Positions 43,873 through 54,143 of a stretch of DNA of 58,299 nucleotides are shown here, piece by piece (the stretch's first letter is position 1; each line of letters begins with the position of its first letter). Source of the stretch: Bacteroidota bacterium (GTDB taxonomy: Bacteria; Bacteroidota; Bacteroidia; Bacteroidales; JACABE01); assembly GCA_037134755.1 (NCBI GenBank), contig JBAXLO010000001.1:1-58299 (forward strand), written 5' to 3'. Both the position numbers and the translations under genes were made by a program. A model generated the notes under the pieces. The model ran no database searches, was not told the origin of the DNA, and saw only the letters and a list, made by a program, of their open reading frames with translations.

Positions 43873-46800
43873 ATGAGAAAGATATATCTTTTTATTTTAC
43901 TAAATCTACTTTTTGTTATTACAACAAAAGCACAAGTAGTAATCAATGAAGTTCAATCAGCAAATGCAAATACCATTGCTGATGAAAGTGGATCCTATTC
44001 TGATTGGATCGAATTGTATAATACCAGTACCACAACCTCTGTAAACCTTTTAGGTTATGGTTTAACTGATGGTAGTAACCTCTTTAAGTGGGTATTCCCA
44101 AGTATTGATCTGCCTCACGAACAACATTTAGTAGTATTTGCTTCAGGAACTCCTAACTATACTTATATGACCCATTGGGAAACTGCCGTAAACGCTAATG
44201 ATTCCTGGTTGTTTAAAGTTGCAAATGCCAGCATTCCTTCCACATGGAGTACTTCATCTTATTTACCGGATACTTCATGGAAACAAAAAAAAGGACCCTT
44301 TGGTATTGGGTATTCAGCTGATTCAACAACTGTGCCTCAATGTAAAACTTTTTATATTAGAAGAACTTTCAATGTTTCAGCAACTGCTTATGCTGATATT
44401 TTAAAAGTTGCTCTTTCTATTGATTGGAATGATGGTTTTGTAGCGTACTTAAATGGAAACGAAATTGCAAGAGCTAATGTTCTGGGAAATCCACCAAGTT
44501 ACGATACTTCAGCTACTACTAGTAACACTCCTGCATATCTTACCGGAGATCCTCCAACAAATTATATATTTGATATTGCATCAAGCTTCTTGGTATCCGG
44601 GGATAATATTTTAGCAATTGAAGTTCATAATATAAGTGCAACTAATCCTTCATTGTTTGTAATGCCTTACTTGTCAGTTGGTATTCATGATTTTCAATCT
44701 TTTTATAATCCCACACCAACATCCTTTGGTTTGCAAAATGTTTATCTTCACACTAATTTCAAAATTAATGATAATGAAACGATCTCATTAACCAGCCCAG
44801 GAGCAACACCTACTACAGATTCTCAAAATATTGGCTTTGTTTATGCTGATGCGTCTATTGCGCGTATCCCAGATGGAGGAGATTGGTGTTATACTTCAAC
44901 AGCAACACCTATGTTGCCTAATGTTGGTCCTTGTGGGCAGGGGTTTACTGCACAACCTCAGGCTTCAGTACCTGCCGGCTTCTATACTACTACTCTTCAT
45001 GATTCTCTTAAATGTTCGTCAGCAAATACAGCAATACATTATACTTTAAATGGAAACATACCAAAGATTACTGATAAACTTTATACAGGTCCAATTACTA
45101 TTGATAGTACTGTAGTGTTAAGAGCAAGAGCATTTTCTACAGTTCCAAATGGACTACTCCCTGGGCAACCTTTTACAGCAACCTATTTATTAAATCAACC
45201 TGCAACTACTTGTCCAATTGTTTCTTTAAGTTTAGATTCAATGTCGTTATGGGATTGGAATACGGGGATATATGTACTAGGTCCTAATGCAAGCCCTAAC
45301 AGACCTTTCTGGGGTGCTAATTTCTGGCAAAACTGGAATAGACCCGGACATGTTGAATATTTTACTTCTACAGATAGTTTAAAGTTCAGTATGGATGCTT
45401 TTCTTGGTATGAATGGTAATTATTCAAGAGATAAAGATCAAAAAAGCTTTGCGATAACTACAAGATCATCACTTGATACCAACTCTATTAATTATCAAAT
45501 ATTCCCAGATAAAAACATAACTGATTTTAAAAGATTCGTTGTGCGTAATGCAGGTTCTGATAATCTAATATGTCATTTTAGAGATGAATGTCTTCAAACA
45601 ATGTTTAAATCCTCTTATAATGATTGGGAAGCAAACAGACCTTGCGATGTATATTTAAATGGTAAGTATTGGGGTGTTTATCATCTTCACGAAAAGAGTG
45701 ATAAGTATTATCTAGCCGAAAACTATGGTGTAAATCCTGACAGTGTCGATTTAATAAAGAATTTTGCAGCACAGGATGGTAATATGAATGCATTCACAAT
45801 CATGCAAAACTACTTAGGAAACACTAGCTTAGATTTATCAACAACAGCTAATTATACAACAGCTCAAAGTTATTGGGATATGGATAATCTAAAGGATTAT
45901 TATATTGGTGAGATATTTGTTGAAAACCAAGATTGGATAACAAAACAATGGACTGCTATTTCACCTGCACATTTTGAATATTGGGTAAATAATATTAAGT
46001 TATGGAGGCCACAGCAAACTAATGCTAAATGGAGATTTAATTTGCACGATATAGATCAGGGAGGGTTTCCAGCTAATATTTTGGCAATAAATTATAATCA
46101 TACAAACGTAAATTTTCTATCATTGGCAATTAGTCCTGGAAGTGTTATCAACAATAATCTTTATTCAGTAATATTAAGGAATTTCTTAAAGAATGCTGAC
46201 TTTAAAAATAAGTTTATCAACCGATATGCAGATCTTTTAAATACCGTCCTATTAACAAATAGAACTTTAATAGTAGCTGATACATTTGTAAATAGGCTTT
46301 CACCTGAAATACAAAGAGAAATAAATAGGTGGGGACTATCTGATCCAACTTCCAGATGTCATAATATCACTGAATGGAATACAAATATTTCAGACTTTAA
46401 AACATTCCTAACTCAGCGTCCTGATTCAGCTCGAAAGGAAATACTATCATATTTTAATTTATCAGGTAATGTTACAATAACTATAGATGTTGCTAATAAA
46501 TCTCAAGGGAAAGTGCAAATTAGTACATTAACTCCTGATACTGCTACTTTACCATGGCATGGAATATATTTTAATGGGAATAATGTACCTATAACACCAA
46601 TACCAAATCCGGGATATGTATTTGACTATTGGGAAGCAAATCACTCTTTTTCTGTTAATAACTATACAGGATTTCATTTTATGAATTTCACACAAAGTGA
46701 CACCATGAGAGCACATTTTAAAGCAGCACCAACAATTACTATATCCGAAATAAATTATCATTCAGACCCTACTCGTGATACAAAAGACTGGATTGAATTA

Positions 46801-47970
46801 CATAATTATGGAACTACAGCTATGAATGTAACTGGATGGAAAATATTTAAACCCGCAACCGGTGATTCTTATACTTTTCCTAGTAGTACTATTATTTCAG
46901 CGAATGGTTATATGGTCTTTTGTGAAGACACTGATTATTTCGCAACTACTTATTTACCTACCGTCATCACAAATAAAAAAGGTCCTATGAATTTTGGATT
47001 TAATGATAACGGTGAAGAAATACAAATACAAAACTCTCAAGGTGGGATAATTCTAGATTTTACATACAAATCTGATTCTACATGGCCGGGTTGTGCAGCT
47101 GGTTATGGACGTACATTAGAGCTACAAAGTAACACTCTTTTTATAAACGATCCAGCTAATTGGGCTTGTGGTTGTATGTTAGGTTCTCCTGGAGTTGCTC
47201 ATTCTCCATGTACAGAAGCAGTTTTATTTAATGAAATTAATTACAATTCTTCCGCTAACTATCCTATGAATGACTGGGTAGAATTGCATAACAGGAGTAA
47301 TACAGCTATTGATGTATCTAATTGGGTTTTTAAAGATGGTGTTGATACACATTCGTTCATTATCCCAAAAAGAATTGCTAATGGAAGTACTATTCCTCCT
47401 TATGGTTATCTAGTTTTGGTTAAAGATACAGTAAGTTTTAATACTGTATGGCCTGGTATTACTAATAGATTTGGTGATTTAGGTTTTGGTTTATCATCAA
47501 GTGGAGATGTTCTCAGACTTTATAATTCAACAGGTAAGATTTATCAGTCTTTATTATATAGTCCTGAATGGGGTGCAAATGGAGATGGAACAACTTTAGA
47601 GTTTAATAACAGTCTTACAGATGCAAATCCTAATATGAGTATTGGTTGGTTTCCAGGTTGTATAAAAGGCTCACCGGGATATCCTTTTGCACCCAATTGT
47701 GATGCTGGAATAAAAGAATATACTAGTGAAACTTATAAGGTTTATCCTAATCCTGCTACAAATGATGTGAATATTGAATTGAATACTGTACATAATGATG
47801 ATATTTATTTTCAATTATACGATTTAGAAGGTCGTATGTTAAATGAAGTATCGATGAAAGGTAAAACAAAGATTACTGTAAGTAGAAATGGTTTACAAAG
47901 TGGTATTTATATATACAGAATAAGTACTAATAATTCAGTTGAGGGTGCGGGTAAGCTGATTTTTGAATAA
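43873..47970 (+). CDS. T9SS-secreted lamin-tail-domain (x3) / CotH kinase-family protein, copy 1
   Basis: 1365 aa. LTD signature VINEVQSAN...SDWIELYNTS..VNLLGYGLTD. CHB_HEX_C-like HYTLNGNIPKITDKLYTGPITIDSTVVLRARAF. CotH core FVVRNAGSDN..CHFRDE...YLNGKYWGVYHLHEKSDKYYLAENYG. Two further LTDs. CTD is VYPNPATNDVNIEL...GIYIYRI. Confidence 0.85.
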   Translation: MRKIYLFILLNLLFVITTKAQVVINEVQSANANTIADESGSYSDWIELYNTSTTTSVNLLGYGLTDGSNLFKWVFPSIDLPHEQHLVVFASGTPNYTYMTHWETAVNANDSWLFKVANASIPSTWSTSSYLPDTSWKQKKGPFGIGYSADSTTVPQCKTFYIRRTFNVSATAYADILKVALSIDWNDGFVAYLNGNEIARANVLGNPPSYDTSATTSNTPAYLTGDPPTNYIFDIASSFLVSGDNILAIEVHNISATNPSLFVMPYLSVGIHDFQSFYNPTPTSFGLQNVYLHTNFKINDNETISLTSPGATPTTDSQNIGFVYADASIARIPDGGDWCYTSTATPMLPNVGPCGQGFTAQPQASVPAGFYTTTLHDSLKCSSANTAIHYTLNGNIPKITDKLYTGPITIDSTVVLRARAFSTVPNGLLPGQPFTATYLLNQPATTCPIVSLSLDSMSLWDWNTGIYVLGPNASPNRPFWGANFWQNWNRPGHVEYFTSTDSLKFSMDAFLGMNGNYSRDKDQKSFAITTRSSLDTNSINYQIFPDKNITDFKRFVVRNAGSDNLICHFRDECLQTMFKSSYNDWEANRPCDVYLNGKYWGVYHLHEKSDKYYLAENYGVNPDSVDLIKNFAAQDGNMNAFTIMQNYLGNTSLDLSTTANYTTAQSYWDMDNLKDYYIGEIFVENQDWITKQWTAISPAHFEYWVNNIKLWRPQQTNAKWRFNLHDIDQGGFPANILAINYNHTNVNFLSLAISPGSVINNNLYSVILRNFLKNADFKNKFINRYADLLNTVLLTNRTLIVADTFVNRLSPEIQREINRWGLSDPTSRCHNITEWNTNISDFKTFLTQRPDSARKEILSYFNLSGNVTITIDVANKSQGKVQISTLTPDTATLPWHGIYFNGNNVPITPIPNPGYVFDYWEANHSFSVNNYTGFHFMNFTQSDTMRAHFKAAPTITISEINYHSDPTRDTKDWIELHNYGTTAMNVTGWKIFKPATGDSYTFPSSTIISANGYMVFCEDTDYFATTYLPTVITNKKGPMNFGFNDNGEEIQIQNSQGGIILDFTYKSDSTWPGCAAGYGRTLELQSNTLFINDPANWACGCMLGSPGVAHSPCTEAVLFNEINYNSSANYPMNDWVELHNRSNTAIDVSNWVFKDGVDTHSFIIPKRIANGSTIPPYGYLVLVKDTVSFNTVWPGITNRFGDLGFGLSSSGDVLRLYNSTGKIYQSLLYSPEWGANGDGTTLEFNNSLTDANPNMSIGWFPGCIKGSPGYPFAPNCDAGIKEYTSETYKVYPNPATNDVNIELNTVHNDDIYFQLYDLEGRMLNEVSMKGKTKITVSRNGLQSGIYIYRISTNNSVEGAGKLIFE

Positions 47971-48209
47971 TTAGATATAGTTTATCTTATTTTATTCTCG
48001 TTTGTTATTATTCAAGAATTAAATAAGTATCTAAATTAATAATTAAGAGCAGTTATTAAGCAAGACTGAAAAATTTATAACATAATAAGCTTTTTAATGT
48101 TATAATAGTATAAATAAAAAGCATACAAGGTCAATAGCTAAATACTGAACTTATTATTACTTATAATTTAAGACTTAATTAATTTACAATTTTAACAATA
48201 CAACATATT

Positions 48210-51200
48210 ATGAGAAAGATTTTTCTTTTTATTCTTATTAATCTTCTTTTAGGTTTAACAACGAAAGCACAGGTTGTTTTAAATGAGATTCAGGCAGAAA
48301 ACGCCACTACTATTTATAATGACGTAGATAGTTCGAATTCTGATTGGATTGAACTATATAACAAAGGAACAGCCTCTGTCAATTTATTAGGTTATGGTTT
48401 GTCGGATAATACTACACTTTATAAATGGGTGTTTCCAAGTATTGACCTACCATCACATAAACACCTATTAGTATTTGCTTCAGGTGATAATATTACTACT
48501 TATATGAATCATTGGGAAATAGGTGTTAGTGCTAATGATACTTGGACTTATAAAGTGGCAACTTCCAGCACACCTACAACCTGGAATACTTCCTCTTATT
48601 TACCCGATACTTCGTGGAAACAGAAGATTGGTCCTATTGGTCATGGATATTCAGCTGATTCAACCACAATTCCTCAATGTAATACTTTATATATGAGGAG
48701 GACTTTTAATGTAACAGCTTCTTCAATCGCTGATATGATGAAAGCTGCACTAGTTATTGATTATGATGATGGTTTTGTTGCTTATTTAAATGGCTACGAA
48801 ATCGCAAGAGCTAACATTACAGGAACTCCTACTTACAATTTAGCTGCTGATGGTACCCATGTGCCTGCATATATGACGGGAGACCTCACTCCAAATTTTA
48901 TGTTAGATAGTGCTACTTTCTTTAGTCATTTGTTACCGGGAGATAATATTTTGGCAATTGAAGTCCACAATGTAAGTACTACAGATCCTACATTGTTTGC
49001 AATGCCATATCTAGCATTTGGCATCCATGATTTTCAAACGTTCTTTAGTCCTGTTCCATCTTGGTTTTATCTTCAAAATAAGTATCTTCATACAAATTTT
49101 AAAATTAACGATAACGAAACAATTTCTTTAACTCCTCCAGGTACTTCTGCTGCCTCTGATTTTATTAATATTGGGTATCTTTATACTGATGCTTCCATTG
49201 CACGTATTCCTGATGGAAATAATATTGGCGGTGTTTATCAAGGCTGGTGTTATACTGAAAGTCCTTCTCCAAATTTACCAAATCCTATGGCTGGTTGTGG
49301 CATGGGGTTTACTGCTAAGCCTCAATCTTCAGTGCCTGCCGGATTTTATACCACTGCAATACATGATAGTCTTAAATGCTCATCACCTAATACTGTAATA
49401 TATTACACATTGAACGGGAATATGCCTAAGGCAACTGATAAATTATATACTGGACCTATTACTATTGATAGTACAACAGTTTTAAGAGCACGTGCTTTTT
49501 CAACAGGAATTGGGACACTACTTCCCGGACAAACGTTTACAGCTACTTATTTTATTAATGAACCTTCAACAATTCCAATAGTTTCTTTAAGTACTGATTC
49601 GATGTCATTATGGGATTGGAATACCGGTATATATGTAATGGGACCTCATGCTGACAGTATAAATCCTCCAAACTATGGAGCTAACTTCTGGCAAAACTGG
49701 AATAAAGAAGCACATGCAGAGTATTTTTTAAGACCTTCAGATAATAATATATTTAGTTTGGATGCATTTATTTCAATCAACGGAAACTGGTCCAGAGCTT
49801 ATGATCAAAAGAGTTTTGGTGTTGAAACTAAATCTTCATTAGATACTAATACTATTAATTATCAACTCTTCCCTAATAAAAACATTACTAATTTTCAAAG
49901 GTTTGTTGTTCGTGATGCAGGTACTGATAATCTTTTCTGTCATTTCAGAGATGAACTGCTTCAAAAGATGTTTTCGAATACTAATGTTGGATGGGAAGCT
50001 TCTCGCCCATGCAATTTGTTTTTAAATGGTAAGTATTGGGGTTTATATCATCTACTCGAAAAGAGTGATAAATATTATCTTGCAGAAAATTATGGTGTAA
50101 ATCCAGATAGTGTCGATTTAATAAAGATTTTTGCTGTTCAGGATGGTAATAATAATGCCTATAATAGTTTAGTATCTACTTTTACTAACATAAGTGACTT
50201 TTCAACAAGTGCTAATTATGCCATTTTTAAAAGCCTTTGGAATATGGATAATTTTATGGATTATTATATTGATGAGATTTGTATTGAGAATATGGACTGG
50301 ATTTCTAAAAGATATTATAGTAATATTCCAGGGTATTTATATTGGGTAACAAATGTGAAACTTTGGAGAGAACAGAAACCAAACGCTATATGGAGATATG
50401 AAATGCATGATGTAGATCAGGGAGCTAAACCTTTTAGTATGATAAATGGAGGTGGTCCCGATCATATTAATTTCCTATCTCAAGCAATTAGTCCAGGGGG
50501 GAACATTAACAATAATATATATTCAGTTATGTTAAGGAAGTTAATGCAGAATTCTGATTTTAAAAACAAGTTTATAAACCGTTATGCAGATATATTAAAT
50601 ACTACCTTTTTACCAAGTCGTACTTTGCCAATTGCAGACTCTTTAAAAAATATAATGGAACCTGAAATGCAAAGAGAAATAACAAGATGGGCAACATCTT
50701 CTTCCTTATCAAGAAATATGACTGAATGGCACAGTAATGTTACTAACTTTAGAACATTCTTATCTCAACGTCCCGATTCTGCAAGAGTTGAAATTCTTTC
50801 TTATTTTAACTTATTGGGAAATGTTAATATCACTGTTGATGTTGCTAATAAAGCTCAAGGAAAAGTTCAGATAAGTACTCTAACTCCAGATACTGCTATC
50901 TTACCTTGGCACGGTATTTATTTTAATGGTAATAATGTGCCTATAACACCTGTACCAAATCCAGGATATGTATTTGATTATTGGGAGGCAAATCATTCTT
51001 TTTCATCAAATAATTATACCGGTTATCATTTTATGAATTTTACTCAAAGTGATACTATGAGAGCTCATTTTAAAGTAGCACCATCAATAACTATTTCTGA
51101 ATTGAATTATCATTCAGATCCTACTCGCGACACTAAGGATTGGATCGAATTACATAACTATGGTACAACAGCAATGAACATCACCGGTTGGGAAATATAT

Positions 51201-52343
51201 AAACCTGCTACGGGTGATACTTATACTATCCCAAGTGGAACAGTTATTACAGCAAACGGTTACATGGTCTTTTGTGAAGATACTGATTATTTTGCAACAT
51301 CTTATCCTAACACAATCACCAATAAAAGAGGGCCGATGAACTTTGGTTTTAATGATTACGGAGAAGAAATTCAAATACAAAATGCTCAGGGCGGTATTAT
51401 TTTAGATCTTACCTATAGTTCTGATTCTACTATTTGGCCAGGTTGTGCAGCAGGGTATGGTCGTACTTTGGAATTGCAAAGCAATACTCTTTTTATAAAT
51501 GATCCTTCTAATTGGGCATGTGGTTGTATGTTAGGTTCACCCGGAGCTGCTCATTCACCTTGTACAGAAACTGTTTTATTTAATGAAATTAATTATAATT
51601 CTTCAACTACTTATCCTATGAATGATTGGGTAGAATTACATAATAAAAGTAATACTGCTATAGATGTGTCAAATTGGGTACTTAAAGATGGTGTAGATAC
51701 CCATTCATTTGTAATCCCTAAAAGAATTGCAAATGGAAGTACTATTCCTCCAAATGGTTATTTAGTTATTGTACGAGATACAACTAGTTTTAATGCAGTA
51801 TGGTCTGGGATTACTAATAGATTGGGCAATTTAAGTTTTGGCTATTCTTCAAGTGGAGATGCTATCAGACTATATAATTCAACAGGTAAAATATATCAAT
51901 CAATGGTATATAAGTCCGAATGGGGAGCTAATGGAAATGGTGCAACATTAGAGTACAATCATAGTATTTCGGATGCAAATCCAAATTTAAGTACTGGATG
52001 GTTTGAAGGATGTTTAGGAGGTTCTCCGGGATATGCACATATCGTACCTTGTCCCACAGTAGGCTCAATGACAACAGGTATAAAAGAATTTTCAAACAAC
52101 GAAAACTATAGGGTTTATCCTAATCCTGCAACAAATGATGTGAATATTGAATTGAATACTGTACATAATGATGATATTTATTTTCAATTATACGATTTAG
52201 AAGGTCGTATATTAAATGAAGTATCGATGAAAGGTAAAACAAGGATCACAATAAGTAGAAATGGTATACAAAGTGGTATCTATATATTTAGGATAATAAC
52301 AAATCAATCAGTAACCGGTGCCGGTAAATTGATATTTGAATAG
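48210..52343 (+). CDS. T9SS-secreted lamin-tail-domain / CotH kinase-family protein, copy 2 (tandem paralogue)
   Basis: 1377 aa, collinear with copy 1 over its full length, with the same domain order. Confidence 0.85.
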   Translation: MRKIFLFILINLLLGLTTKAQVVLNEIQAENATTIYNDVDSSNSDWIELYNKGTASVNLLGYGLSDNTTLYKWVFPSIDLPSHKHLLVFASGDNITTYMNHWEIGVSANDTWTYKVATSSTPTTWNTSSYLPDTSWKQKIGPIGHGYSADSTTIPQCNTLYMRRTFNVTASSIADMMKAALVIDYDDGFVAYLNGYEIARANITGTPTYNLAADGTHVPAYMTGDLTPNFMLDSATFFSHLLPGDNILAIEVHNVSTTDPTLFAMPYLAFGIHDFQTFFSPVPSWFYLQNKYLHTNFKINDNETISLTPPGTSAASDFINIGYLYTDASIARIPDGNNIGGVYQGWCYTESPSPNLPNPMAGCGMGFTAKPQSSVPAGFYTTAIHDSLKCSSPNTVIYYTLNGNMPKATDKLYTGPITIDSTTVLRARAFSTGIGTLLPGQTFTATYFINEPSTIPIVSLSTDSMSLWDWNTGIYVMGPHADSINPPNYGANFWQNWNKEAHAEYFLRPSDNNIFSLDAFISINGNWSRAYDQKSFGVETKSSLDTNTINYQLFPNKNITNFQRFVVRDAGTDNLFCHFRDELLQKMFSNTNVGWEASRPCNLFLNGKYWGLYHLLEKSDKYYLAENYGVNPDSVDLIKIFAVQDGNNNAYNSLVSTFTNISDFSTSANYAIFKSLWNMDNFMDYYIDEICIENMDWISKRYYSNIPGYLYWVTNVKLWREQKPNAIWRYEMHDVDQGAKPFSMINGGGPDHINFLSQAISPGGNINNNIYSVMLRKLMQNSDFKNKFINRYADILNTTFLPSRTLPIADSLKNIMEPEMQREITRWATSSSLSRNMTEWHSNVTNFRTFLSQRPDSARVEILSYFNLLGNVNITVDVANKAQGKVQISTLTPDTAILPWHGIYFNGNNVPITPVPNPGYVFDYWEANHSFSSNNYTGYHFMNFTQSDTMRAHFKVAPSITISELNYHSDPTRDTKDWIELHNYGTTAMNITGWEIYKPATGDTYTIPSGTVITANGYMVFCEDTDYFATSYPNTITNKRGPMNFGFNDYGEEIQIQNAQGGIILDLTYSSDSTIWPGCAAGYGRTLELQSNTLFINDPSNWACGCMLGSPGAAHSPCTETVLFNEINYNSSTTYPMNDWVELHNKSNTAIDVSNWVLKDGVDTHSFVIPKRIANGSTIPPNGYLVIVRDTTSFNAVWSGITNRLGNLSFGYSSSGDAIRLYNSTGKIYQSMVYKSEWGANGNGATLEYNHSISDANPNLSTGWFEGCLGGSPGYAHIVPCPTVGSMTTGIKEFSNNENYRVYPNPATNDVNIELNTVHNDDIYFQLYDLEGRILNEVSMKGKTRITISRNGIQSGIYIFRIITNQSVTGAGKLIFE

Positions 52344-52387
52344 ATAAGCATTTAAAGATATTTCATTCTTTCTTGAAGTATATTATA

Positions 52388-52419
52388 ATAGCCTTCACCA
52401 TTAATTTGGTGAAGGCTAT
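52388..52419 (+). terminator. rho-independent terminator after CotH copy 2
   Basis: ATAGCCTTCACC-ATTAATTT-GGTGAAGGCTAT is a 12-bp perfect stem followed by a T-rich tract. Confidence 0.7.
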
Positions 52420-52590
52420 TTATATTTAAGTCCACAAATAGTTGAATTATCATAGAAAATAAATTCCATTTATCTATTGACTTTCTTTCAATATAATTTA
52501 AAAATACGCATAGAAATAAAACTCCAAGGTGTCATCAATAAGCAAATATCTCATTCAAAACCATTCAAAATCCTTAAAAAGCTGCTTGAG

Positions 52591-52653
52591 GCAGGTGCAA
52601 CGCTGCATTCGGTAAATGCAACGCTGCACTTGTCGAATACAAGGCTGCATTCG
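52591..52653. repeat. tandem array, 3 x 21 bp (GCAGGTGCAACGCTGCATTCG)
   Basis: Units at 52591, 52612 and 52633, with degenerate flanking units. Confidence 0.85.
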
Positions 52654-52824
52654 TTCCTTGTGGGTTTGTTCTTGATTTTATCAAAAATTAGACTTATAAA
52701 TACACATCAAGTCATTAATATTAAATACTTTATTTGTAATGTCAAAGGATTGCATTTTAATTTAGCCTTTATCAATTACCATAAACTCATGGTTTAAATG
52801 AATACTAGAATCGTTGTTATAAAT

Positions 52825-52860
52825 AAAAGAGGCTGTCTCAGATTTGAGACAGCCTCTTTT
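52825..52860. terminator. bidirectional terminator hairpin
   Basis: AAAAGAGGCTGTCTC-AGATTT-GAGACAGCCTCTTTT lies downstream of both element B (+) and 52887..53681 (-). Confidence 0.8.
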
Positions 52861-52886
52861 ATTTATAAGAGAAAATAATTTAAATA

Positions 52887-53681
52887 TTATTTCTTAAAGC
52901 AATTTACATATTTGTATTGAGGAACAGCTGAAGTAGCATCATATTTCCATAATACTGCAATTACATTTAATGTCTTTGTCCAAGTAGGATCAATAGTAAG
53001 AGAATAACTCTTATTAATAGTTTTTCCAGCTGTAACTGCTCCACTATAAATAGATTCTCCATAAGCATTGCTAGGAACTGAAGTAGTTCTTAAAACTTGC
53101 ATGTGTTTGTAAGTTGCAGGATTTGGTGGGTTGTTTTGTACATAAGCAGTTGGTGCTGTAGTACTACCATCAATTCCACTTTCAATTAAATAAACAGAAA
53201 GATAATAATTTCCTGTTCCAGCTGCAAAGAATTTAGTTTGTGTATTAACTGTCATCTTGGTTCCTGATTTAGTATAATTTAAATCAATAGCAGCAGTAGC
53301 TGTTTGAGCTAACAAACTAGTTAATGTTCCAGTTTGATAATTTGATGCATCACCAATCCAGAAAGAAGGAATACCACCTCCATCTGTACGGTCGTTGTAA
53401 AATGATGTATATAATGTTGCATTATACATCGGATCATTGCTGGAATGACATGATACGCCTGCAGTGTAAGGTGTAGCACACAAAGCATCCATAGTTGAAG
53501 CTCCCCAAGCACCACAATAATAGCACCATGTAGCAGTGTATTCAATCACAAAACCCCATTGCTTTTGAACAGGATTTAATGTTGTTGTTGTTCCTCCTGG
53601 AGGTGTTGTTGTAGTATTGTCTTTTTTACAAGATGCAACCACTACTAATACAATTACGAATAGATAAATTAATTTTTTCAT
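52887..53681 (-). CDS. lipoprotein with thioredoxin-like WCxxC motif (Omp28-related-like)
   Basis: Lipobox VVASC, a Thr/Pro-rich linker, then EYTATWCYYCGAWG. Confidence 0.6.
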   Translation of the reverse strand: MKKLIYLFVIVLVVVASCKKDNTTTTPPGGTTTTLNPVQKQWGFVIEYTATWCYYCGAWGASTMDALCATPYTAGVSCHSSNDPMYNATLYTSFYNDRTDGGGIPSFWIGDASNYQTGTLTSLLAQTATAAIDLNYTKSGTKMTVNTQTKFFAAGTGNYYLSVYLIESGIDGSTTAPTAYVQNNPPNPATYKHMQVLRTTSVPSNAYGESIYSGAVTAGKTINKSYSLTIDPTWTKTLNVIAVLWKYDATSAVPQYKYVNCFKK

Positions 53682-53883
53682 TGCTTTTTTATTTGTTTAA
53701 AAATTTCCTCAAAAATACTATAAATTTCAATCACTTTTACATTTTAATTAAAATTTAACAAAATAAATTTAGTTATTCATTATTTGATTAGCTTTATTAT
53801 ATTGAAATCAAAATTGATTAATTCTCTTATTAATTTATAAAATGTTTATTTACAAATGTATTATAGTTTATTTTCTGCTAACA

Positions 53884-53967
53884 TAACGAAGTGTTCAACC
53901 GATAGTACAGAGTTGTTAACATGTTGTACGAAGTTGTCAACATGTTGTACAGAGTTGTCAGGAAGCA
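53884..53967. repeat. tandem array, 4 x 21 bp (GTACAGAGTTGTCAACATGTT), bracketed by a 9-bp inverted repeat
   Basis: Units at 53884 (degenerate), 53905, 53926 and 53947. TTTTCTGCT (53871-53879) and AGCAGAAAA (53964-53972) bracket the array. Confidence 0.85.
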
Positions 53968-54093
53968 GAAAATTTTTAATCTAATTGCTTTTTATGGCTT
54001 TCATTTAATAATAGTTATCGAGTATTTGTTAATCTGTTTGTAATTATTTTTATCAAAAGATAATATTTTATTTTGCAGCATTAAAAAAAGAAG

Positions 54094-54101
54094 TACATTT
54101 G
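54094..54101 (+). promoter_or_regulatory. putative -7 box (TACATTTG)
   Basis: It lies 43 nt upstream of the ATG at 54144. Confidence 0.4.
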
Positions 54102-54143
54102 CAAATAAATTGGATTGTAATTAAAATTAATAATTAAATAATA

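Larger units (their letters stand above)
52421..52860 (+). other. conserved-flank tandem-repeat element B (orphan copy: promoter-like box, 5' box, 3 x 21-bp array, 3' box, terminator)
   Basis: TATATTTA at 52421-52428. 5' box at 52508-52550, array at 52591-52653, 3' box at 52720-52782 and hairpin at 52825-52860. There is no downstream plus-strand gene. The track ORF 52477..52797 has only a TTG start. Confidence 0.55.
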
